IMG/VR virus record: IMGVR_UViG_2579778652_000011
Strand: one strand, 5' to 3'
DNA length: 5,082 bases
DNA from: a virus
Lineage: Duplodnaviria; Heunggongvirae; Uroviricota; Caudoviricetes
Part shown: positions 1 to 4,914 of the stretch, piece after piece
Layout: every line of letters begins with the position of its first letter
Position numbering within the stretch: position 1 is the first letter of the stretch
The notes under the pieces: generated by a model
Told to the model about the DNA's origin: nothing
The model's input: the letters and a program-made list of their open reading frames with translations, nothing else
Databases searched by the model: none
Program-made: the position numbers and the translations under genes

Positions 1-159
1 CTCAGTAATTGCCGCGTTCGCCAGCTTCAGTTCTCTGGCATTTTTGTCGCGCTGTTCTTTGTAGGCGATGGCGTTATCACGGTAATGATTAACACCCCAT
101 GACAGGCAGACGACGATGCAGATAACCAGAGCGGAGATAATCGCGGTTACTCTGCTCAT
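1..159 (-). CDS. Rz: Spanin inner-membrane subunit Rz, N-terminal 53 codons only (continues beyond window start)
   Basis: Minus-strand translation from ATG at 159-157 gives [53 protein letters not shown], matching the lambda Rz N-terminus as I recall it. Its ATG overlaps the R stop as ATGA. Frame is open to position 1. Confidence 0.9.
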   Translation of the reverse strand, partial: MSRVTAIISALVICIVVCLSWGVNHYRDNAIAYKEQRDKNARELKLANAAITE

Positions 160-632
160 ACCTCAATCTCTCTGACCGTTCCGCCAGCTTCTTTGAATTT
201 TGCAATCAGACTGTCAGCCTTATGCTCGAACTGACCATAACCAGCGCCCGGCAGTGAAGCCCATATATTGCTGCAACGGTCGATAGCCTGACGGATATCA
301 CCGCGATCAATCATCGGCAAAGCGCCACGCTCTTTAATCTGCTGCAGCGCTACAGCATCCTGACTTTCTGGAGAAAAATCTTTCAGGCCAAGTTGCTTGC
401 GGTAGGCATCCCACCAGCGTGAAAGAAGCTGGTAACGTCCAGCGGCTGTTGATTTGAGTTTCGGATTTAGCGTGACAAGTTTGCGGGGGTGATCGGAGTA
501 ATCAGTGAACAGTTCGCCACCGACAATAACATCATAACCGTGATTTCTGGTTTTCTGCCGTCCGTTATCTGTTCCTTCTGACCATGCCACCATATCAAGG
601 AAAGCTTTACGCTGGGAATTAAGTGTCTGCAT
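156..632 (-). CDS. R: Endolysin R, lambda-type lytic transglycosylase, 158 aa
   Basis: Provided ORF translation matches lambda R along its whole length as recalled ([55 protein letters not shown]). AAGGAG Shine-Dalgarno 6 nt upstream of the ATG at 632. Sits between holin and Rz. Confidence 0.95.
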   Translation of the reverse strand: MQTLNSQRKAFLDMVAWSEGTDNGRQKTRNHGYDVIVGGELFTDYSDHPRKLVTLNPKLKSTAAGRYQLLSRWWDAYRKQLGLKDFSPESQDAVALQQIKERGALPMIDRGDIRQAIDRCSNIWASLPGAGYGQFEHKADSLIAKFKEAGGTVREIEV

Positions 633-635
633 TAA

Positions 636-977
636 TTACTCCTTATGGGCACCGAACTTGTTACCGATGACCCTCATTGCCGCACCACGAATAGCATCAA
701 CACCAATCAGCCCCACCCCACCACCAATGGCAACAGAAAGTGATTTAGGCCATCCGACATACTCAAGCGCGGATGCAAAGGTCAGCGTCAGAGCACCACA
801 AAGCAGAATCTCAAGCGTTTTTCGTTTCCAGCCGCCGCCACCGCCAAAATAGGCAATGCGCAAACCAGCCATAATAATTGACATAACCACTGCACCCAGC
901 GGCGTATCTCCACGCCACCAACTTTGTAAGAGTTCCAGTAAGTCAGGCCAGGAATGAGGGGCATTGTGCATTTTCAT
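636..977 (-). CDS. Holin, class I-like with three predicted TM segments, not a lambda S homolog; probable dual start (Met at 977 and Met at 971)
   Basis: ORF immediately upstream of R. Three hydrophobic stretches (LGAVVMSIIMAGLRIAYF, TLEILLCGALTLTFASALEYVGW, SLSVAIGGGVGLIGVDAIRGAAM) and a short charged C-terminus. GGAGGTGAGG Shine-Dalgarno followed by CTT ATG AAA ATG gives an M-K-M motif like lambda S107/S105. The annotated GTG at 986 lies inside the Shine-Dalgarno, so it is unlikely to be the start. Confidence 0.7.
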   Translation of the reverse strand: MKMHNAPHSWPDLLELLQSWWRGDTPLGAVVMSIIMAGLRIAYFGGGGGWKRKTLEILLCGALTLTFASALEYVGWPKSLSVAIGGGVGLIGVDAIRGAAMRVIGNKFGAHKE

Positions 978-1075
978 AAGCCTCACCTCCGAGAGTTCGG
1001 ATGGTGCTAAGTGTAAGATTCAGGCTCTCAGGCTTGCTAACAAGAAGTCGAGGATGTTTCCGGAGCCTAACAACG

Positions 1076-1099
1076 AAAAAGCCCCGGGACATGCCGGGG
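1076..1099 (-). terminator. Intrinsic terminator-like hairpin downstream of the moron and upstream of the holin
   Basis: GC-only 6-bp stem (CCCCGG 1082-1087 pairs with CCGGGG 1094-1099) with a 6-nt loop. On the minus strand it is followed by C then TTTTT (plus-strand AAAAA at 1076-1080). Confidence 0.5.
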
Positions 1100-1194
1100 T
1101 CAGATGGAGTGCCAGATTAAGCTTCTGGCGGTATATACTCGTGTTTGATATCGTTAAATCGCCAAAAGTAACAATTCAAACAAAGAGGATTTTT

Positions 1195-1356
1195 ATGTCT
1201 GAAAAAAACAAGCCACAAGATGAAAATAAACCTCAGCAACCCGTGGCACCAAAACCAACTCCAACACAAAGTACTACAGACTTTGCTACACGTCGTGTTT
1301 TTGTTGGAGATTCTGCCGACTCAGTCATTGAACATATAAAAAAACAGCCGAGATAA
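1195..1356 (+). CDS. Candidate small protein, 53 aa, hydrophilic and Pro/Lys/Gln-rich, convergent with and overlapping the 3' end of the membrane-protein gene
   Basis: ATG at 1195 preceded by AAGAGGA Shine-Dalgarno with 5-nt spacing. Translation MSEKNKPQDENKPQQPVAPKPTPTQSTTDFATRRVFVGDSADSVIEHIKKQPR. Overlaps the minus-strand gene by 32 nt. No homolog recognised, and low-complexity composition makes a chance ORF possible. Confidence 0.3.
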   Translation: MSEKNKPQDENKPQQPVAPKPTPTQSTTDFATRRVFVGDSADSVIEHIKKQPR

Positions 1357-1894
1357 ACATCGCCGCTACCGGAGCAAGGATGGTATACATCCTTGCTTTA
1401 TCGAGACTCGTGCGGATTTTCTCATTTTCCAACAGTAACTCTCTTGCTGTATCACTCAAGTCAACAAGGCGATACCTTCGTATAAGCGGCAATAACTTAT
1501 CAGGTCCTAAATATCCTGCATCAGCGAATATTTTAAAGCTCGAGGGCTCCATATCCTTATATTTTTCATGATATAGATGATCAGGAGGGGCATTGATCAG
1601 GCCCCTAACCTTCACAGATAAACCAGTACATACCAAGTAAATGGCGCACCATGTCCATAGTAATGTAAATGTGGTAATTCCGGCGGTGAGAAAATCGAAA
1701 TTAGTTTTCTGTGTCAGCAATAAAAAAGATGAACCAATTCCAACAATCTGAATGTTCAGAAGTTTGTATCCATTCTCAACATTGGTTTTGTTAGAAAGAT
1801 GAATCTCTCGTATCGTCTCTTCCCCTTGTTTTTCAAGATAATCGACGAGCTCATCATCTACTCCTAAAAAATAATCTTTAGGTAGTTCTCTCAT
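1325..1894 (-). CDS. Uncharacterised membrane protein, 189 aa, moron cargo between Q and the lysis cassette
   Basis: Strong GGAGGTGAG Shine-Dalgarno directly upstream of the ATG at 1894. Predicted soluble N-terminus of about 55 aa, two adjacent TM helices (LLNIQIVGIGSSFLLLT, FLTAGITTFTLLWTWCAIYLVCTGL), a charged helical segment of about 60 aa, and a C-terminal hydrophobic helix (MYTILAPVAAMFISAVFLYV). Markedly more AT-rich than the flanking phage genes. No family recognised. Confidence 0.7.
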   Translation of the reverse strand: MRELPKDYFLGVDDELVDYLEKQGEETIREIHLSNKTNVENGYKLLNIQIVGIGSSFLLLTQKTNFDFLTAGITTFTLLWTWCAIYLVCTGLSVKVRGLINAPPDHLYHEKYKDMEPSSFKIFADAGYLGPDKLLPLIRRYRLVDLSDTARELLLENEKIRTSLDKARMYTILAPVAAMFISAVFLYVQ

Positions 1895-1922
1895 CTCACC
1901 TCCACATCCTGTACTGAAAACA

Positions 1923-1931
1923 ATTTTACCA
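1923..1931 (-). promoter_or_regulatory. Candidate extended -10 element (TGgTAAAAT) for the moron gene's own promoter
   Basis: Minus-strand sequence TGGTAAAAT lies about 30 nt upstream of the ATG at 1894 and fits the TGn-TATAAT pattern. No good -35 is present. By sequence only. Confidence 0.25.
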
Positions 1932-2001
1932 GAATGTCTCGATTCTAGGTATTCCGCCAGGAATCGCGCTCCAGAAATGAAACATCAGGTTCGCCAGTAC
2001 C

Positions 2002-2032
2002 AGAAACAACAAAACCCGCTCAATGGCGGGTT
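2002..2032 (-). terminator. tR'-like intrinsic terminator about 85 nt downstream of the Q stop
   Basis: Perfect 7-bp stem (AACCCGC 2013-2019 pairs with GCGGGTT 2026-2032) with a 6-nt loop. On the minus strand it is followed by TTGTTGTTTCT. Position after Q is analogous to lambda tR'. Confidence 0.55.
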
Positions 2033-2115
2033 CTGGTAAAGTTCATGCGCTTGGTTCGCCTCGCGATACAGCTTTGCGAAGCATACCGGAATTGAAGCAG
2101 TTTATGCGTAAAAAA

Positions 2116-2658
2116 TCAAGCTATTTTTTGAGCAAATGATTCTCGCATGGGAATATATAGGGCATACTCAGCAACAGCCAACCAATTAGCAATTCGCTTT
2201 TCGCATGTGCTAAAACACCACTCAGGATGTGCATCATTTAGCAATTCAGCCATTTTGCGCTTAGTCATCCCCCGTCCTTCATACCGTTGCCGGAGGACAC
2301 TAATCAATCCAGGATGCTCTGCCAGCACCTCACTTATGACTCTATCAATACATAACGCCTCTGCATCAGTACAATGCGCCAGCCAGGTCTTTTGCTTGCC
2401 ATTGATCATCTCTCGCAAAAACGCTTCCAGCTCAGGTTTCTCTATTCCCGCTTTTTTCATCCTGCGCAGGGCTTCATTGACGGCTGTTTTCGTCAATTTT
2501 TTGGATGCCAGCAACTGGTTAAACATATTTCCCGTCTTACCGCCGCCAATATACGACCAGCGCCCCCACATGCGCAGTTTTCCCTGAATCCAGACACTTT
2601 CCAGCGTGGTGAGACGAAGGTGTTCCCCGCTTTTGCCTGTATTTGTTGGGTAAATCAT
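2116..2658 (-). CDS. Late-gene antiterminator Q, Q82/QuuD-like family, 180 aa
   Basis: Sits immediately upstream of the terminator and lysis genes, as in lambdoid phages. Motif pattern (LRMWGRWS, paired Cys/His-containing segments) resembles my recollection of E. coli QuuD and phage 82 Q. Start chosen at ATG 2658, which has a GGAGAAAGGAAGG Shine-Dalgarno and overlaps the upstream stop as ATGA. The longer annotated ORF to 2778 overlaps the upstream gene. Confidence 0.6.
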   Translation of the reverse strand: MIYPTNTGKSGEHLRLTTLESVWIQGKLRMWGRWSYIGGGKTGNMFNQLLASKKLTKTAVNEALRRMKKAGIEKPELEAFLREMINGKQKTWLAHCTDAEALCIDRVISEVLAEHPGLISVLRQRYEGRGMTKRKMAELLNDAHPEWCFSTCEKRIANWLAVAEYALYIPMRESFAQKIA

Positions 2659-2945
2659 AAATAACCTTCCTTTCTCCAGATTTCTTGTGTGCGAAAAACA
2701 CCTTCTGCATGCATCAGGCGTAATTCTTCTTTGGTGTAATCGCTGGTTTTTACCCGCCCGTCGATTAAATCGTGGCATGAGCTACAGGCAATCGCTGCCT
2801 GCATATCGTGTGGTTTTGTCGCTGTTCCGCACGTCCCCGCCAGCCTGTAATGCGCCAGCACAGAGGTTTCGGGATTGTGATTGCAGTAGCCAGGGATTCT
2901 GATCTGGCACATCTGGCCTTTAGCCGCTTTACGTAAATTCACCAT
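2655..2945 (-). CDS. ybcO: YbcO-like DUF1364 protein (Cys/His metal-binding putative nuclease of the lambdoid nin region), 96 aa
   Basis: Translation (LRKAAKGQMCQIRIPGYCNHNPETSVLAHYRLAGTCGTATKP...IACSSCHDLIDG) matches recalled E. coli DLP12 YbcO in length and conserved Cys/His pattern. Start overlaps the upstream stop as TAATG. Confidence 0.75.
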   Translation of the reverse strand: MVNLRKAAKGQMCQIRIPGYCNHNPETSVLAHYRLAGTCGTATKPHDMQAAIACSSCHDLIDGRVKTSDYTKEELRLMHAEGVFRTQEIWRKEGYL

Positions 2946-3544
2946 TACGCAAACTCCAGTAGTTGTGCGGCCACATTTTCAACTTCCTCCTGAGAGGAGA
3001 ATTTACGGAACAGAATCCAGTTCCACAGCACATTCAGAACAGATTTATAAACCTGCTGAAACTCGGTTTCGTCCATATTCGCAAACGCGATGGATTTCGC
3101 CCTGCGCCCACGGCTACCGTCCGGATAAATATGCTCGGTGTAAAATCCGGCCTGAATGGTTACCCACTCGCGGAAAGCCTCAAACGACTTTAGCAATGCC
3201 GTATCCCGAGTTCTGCGTGTCGCAACTGTATTTAGATATTGCTCTGCGGCATCACTCAGGGCTGGTGTGTGTTCCCGACCAACTGATTCGCACAAGTAAT
3301 CCACGAAACCAGACAGCAGTTCTCGTTCGCGAGGTGTGATCGCCCCACCGACCGGAGTCCAGTAATCGAATCCCAGTTGCAGGAGTTTGAAAAAACGCTT
3401 GTGGAATGCGTAGTTACGCACACGCTTAAAGTCTGCGTGTATCCACTCACCTATTTTGATTTGATGCAGAAAATCGCAACTCTCCGGCGTCGCCGGGAGA
3501 AGTAAACCAGAAGAGGTTTGTTTGACCAGTTGTATATGCGCCAT
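2945..3544 (-). CDS. Phage nin-region protein, probably DUF1367 family, 199 aa
   Basis: Long ORF directly upstream of and translationally coupled to the YbcO-like gene, the usual DUF1367 to DUF1364 to Q arrangement in lambdoid prophages. Family assignment is from recollection, not a search. Confidence 0.6.
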   Translation of the reverse strand: MAHIQLVKQTSSGLLLPATPESCDFLHQIKIGEWIHADFKRVRNYAFHKRFFKLLQLGFDYWTPVGGAITPRERELLSGFVDYLCESVGREHTPALSDAAEQYLNTVATRRTRDTALLKSFEAFREWVTIQAGFYTEHIYPDGSRGRRAKSIAFANMDETEFQQVYKSVLNVLWNWILFRKFSSQEEVENVAAQLLEFA

Positions 3545-3602
3545 TTCTCAATCTCTCGATGGCGCAGCGCAGCAGATGCCAGTTGTTCAGGCTGACGAAT
3601 AA

Positions 3603-3630
3603 AGTATAAATAAACTGGCTATGGTGTAAA
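3603..3630 (-). promoter_or_regulatory. Candidate sigma70 promoter for the DUF1367/YbcO/Q operon
   Basis: On the minus strand, TTTACA (plus 3625-3630), a 16-nt spacer, then TATACT (plus 3603-3608), about 60 nt upstream of the ATG at 3544. By sequence only. Confidence 0.3.
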
Positions 3631-3824
3631 GCCCCACATAGCATGAACAAACACTACATATCAAATAGCTGGTACAAGGATAGAAATACGACATTTATTA
3701 TTAAAAACGATTAGATAAATTACATTTTAATGTTATGCAAAAGTTCTTTTTTATCATAACATTTCAATAAAAGCATTACAGATGCAATCATCCCGTCATC
3801 ATCAATTATTTAAGGTGGTTAAAC

Positions 3825-3911
3825 ATGGAAAATAACAAGTTCGCACATCTCGCTCCTTTTTTATCCGTAATCCTTTTCGCTTGTTGTTTTATATGGGCAT
3901 TATTTTTATAA
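3825..3911 (+). CDS. Candidate small hydrophobic protein, 28 aa, single predicted TM helix
   Basis: ATG at 3825 preceded by TAAGGTGG Shine-Dalgarno with 6-nt spacing. Translation MENNKFAHLAPFLSVILFACCFIWALFL. Lies in AT-rich intergenic DNA. Confidence 0.35.
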   Translation: MENNKFAHLAPFLSVILFACCFIWALFL

Positions 3912-3984
3912 AGTAGCCACATGATAAGTTGCTGGAATCATATTTCCCACTCAAGTCATTAACATTTGATAAGATATATCTAAA

Positions 3985-4045
3985 AGGACACCTTTACATT
4001 ATTTATGTGTATATAATTTATTTATATACACAGTAAAGGTATCCT
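3985..4045. repeat. Composite imperfect palindrome: perfect 10-bp inverted repeat TGTGTATATA / TATATACACA with 7-bp spacer, flanked by 13-bp arms AGGACACCTTTAC / GTAAAGGTATCCT (12/13)
   Basis: Read directly. Inner arms at 4006-4015 and 4023-4032, outer arms at 3985-3997 and 4033-4045. The left side carries an 8-nt insertion (ATTATTTA) between outer and inner arms. Confidence 0.6.
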
Positions 4046-4302
4046 GGGAAAATATTTATCGTTAAAAAATACATCATAAATAATTAAGCTGAAATTTCAG
4101 AACACAACTAATACACACAATAAGGTTCAGTAACAATAATCTATGTGGACTACATCGAGATTTTTTGATTAAACTTTAATAACTTATTCCTAACACACAG
4201 AATGCATAAACTAAAAGTAAAACAAATAGTTATACGAAAAACAACCATATTTATTATATCTTCTCCTCTAATCAACATATCAATTATGTGTTTCATAACA
4301 GC

Positions 4303-4350
4303 TTGACATAACCCTCAAAAACACGCATTTATAATGCATGTTTTTGAGGG
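4303..4350 (+). promoter_or_regulatory. yeaR-like promoter region with an NsrR-like operator palindrome centred on the -10
   Basis: Perfect TTGACA (4303-4308) and TATAAT (4330-4335) separated by 21 bp. 17-bp arms CCCTCAAAAACACGCAT / ATGCATGTTTTTGAGGG (16/17) centred at 4331. The core AACACGCATTT-A-TAATGCATGTT (4320-4342) matches about 18 of 22 positions of the NsrR 11-1-11 consensus as I recall it (AAGATGCATTT n AAATACATCTT). Confidence 0.5.
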
Positions 4351-4357
4351 GGTGGTT

Positions 4358-4696
4358 ATGACACACAAGAGAATTCCTAAAGATTGGGTAATCAAACGCT
4401 CAACTCCGTTCTTCACAAAAGAGAACGTACCTTCAGCGTTATTAACACATCATAATACAGCAGCAGGTGTTTTTGGGCAGTTGTGCGTAATGGAAGGCAC
4501 TGTAACATATTATGGTTTTACTGATGAGAATGCTACTGAACCGGAGATAAAAGTAGTCATTAATGCTGGCGCTTTTGCAACAAGCCCACCACAATACTGG
4601 CACCGTGTTGAACTAAGCGATGATGCTCAGTTTAATATTAACTTTTGGGTCGCTCCAGACTTCTCGGGCGAAAAAGTCTATAGCACCAAAAAATAG
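4358..4696 (+). CDS. yeaR: YeaR-like DUF1971 protein, 112 aa
   Basis: Size and motifs (RSTPFF, FNINFWVAP) resemble my recollection of E. coli YeaR. The NsrR-like operator upstream fits known NsrR/NarL regulation of yeaR. Start taken at ATG 4358 after a GAGGGGGTGG Shine-Dalgarno, because the annotated ATG at 4334 lies inside the -10 hexamer. Confidence 0.6.
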   Translation: MTHKRIPKDWVIKRSTPFFTKENVPSALLTHHNTAAGVFGQLCVMEGTVTYYGFTDENATEPEIKVVINAGAFATSPPQYWHRVELSDDAQFNINFWVAPDFSGEKVYSTKK

Positions 4697-4725
4697 ATGA
4701 TCATATTAAAAATGCTTTAACAGTC

Positions 4726-4762
4726 AGACCCGGCAGGGCTATCCCCGACGGGTCTCATTTTT
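4726..4762 (+). terminator. Intrinsic terminator downstream of the yeaR-like gene
   Basis: 7-bp stem AGACCCG (4726-4732) pairs with CGGGTCT (4749-4755), with additional imperfect inner pairing. Followed by CA then TTTTT (4758-4762). Confidence 0.6.
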
Positions 4763-4914
4763 GTAAATATATTGGTTCTACATTGACAGGAGACTTCAAC
4801 CATAAGAAGTAATCTGAATACTTGAGCAATAAATTTACTTAAGATTAATGAGCGCACCTTGCCGGACAAAGATAAACCAAGGTAACACCTTTTTTCTAGC
4901 CAGTATGTAATCAA

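Larger units (their letters stand above)
1..3630 (-). mobile_element. Lambdoid prophage segment (nin region, Q, late cargo slot, lysis cassette), all genes on minus strand; right boundary approximate
   Basis: Colinear lambda-like order nin proteins, Q, terminator, moron, holin, R, Rz. Tightly packed, overlapping start/stop codons. Sharp shift to AT-rich DNA right of about 3600. Confidence 0.8.

Noticed and set aside
658-852. Plus-strand 64-aa ORF, Pro/Ser-rich
   Set aside because: Lies entirely antisense inside the holin gene; its Pro-rich composition mirrors the Gly codons of the holin. No Shine-Dalgarno seen.
978-986. GTG at 986 as the holin start (116-aa version, MRLMKM...)
   Set aside because: The GTG sits inside the GGAGGTGAGG Shine-Dalgarno, so the two ATGs at 977 and 971 are much better placed as starts.
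964-1194. Long 130-aa version of the plus-strand ORF 964..1356
   Set aside because: The N-terminal part overlaps the holin start and the terminator hairpin and has no ribosome-binding site. Only the 3' portion from the ATG at 1195 has a Shine-Dalgarno.
1380-1571. Plus-strand 63-aa ORF
   Set aside because: Fully antisense to the well-supported 189-aa membrane-protein gene, with no start signals; likely a shadow ORF in AT-rich DNA.
1325-1894. Shiga toxin or another known toxin in the Q-to-lysis slot
   Set aside because: The single 189-aa membrane protein has neither the two-gene A/B subunit layout nor any resemblance to Stx subunits. Only the position is analogous.
2659-2778. 40-codon N-terminal extension of the Q ORF (220-aa version)
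   Set aside because: It overlaps the YbcO-like coding region in another frame, whereas the internal ATG at 2658 has a strong Shine-Dalgarno and an ATGA overlap with the upstream stop.
2147-3339. Plus-strand ORFs 2147..2587, 2374..2664, 2687..2902, 2963..3193 and 2965..3339
   Set aside because: All are antisense to the tightly packed, translationally coupled minus-strand genes (Q, YbcO-like, DUF1367-like), with no recognisable products or start signals.
3256-3650. Minus-strand ORFs 3256..3450 (64 aa) and 3447..3650 (67 aa)
   Set aside because: The first is an alternate frame inside the DUF1367-like gene. The second overlaps that gene's start and begins upstream of its candidate promoter. Neither gives a plausible product.
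4006-4032. LexA (SOS) box interpretation of TGTGTATATA...TATATACACAG
   Set aside because: The CTGT and ACAG-like halves are 17 bp apart rather than the 8 bp of a LexA box (CTGT-N8-ACAG).
4334-4357. ATG at 4334 as the start of the yeaR-like gene (120-aa version)
   Set aside because: This ATG lies inside the TATAAT -10 hexamer and the operator palindrome, so it would be upstream of the transcription start. The ATG at 4358 follows the GAGGGGGTGG Shine-Dalgarno.
4717-4914. Minus-strand 65-aa ORF with a TTG start
   Set aside because: It overlaps the yeaR-like terminator hairpin, uses a non-ATG start without a Shine-Dalgarno, and gives a low-complexity product.
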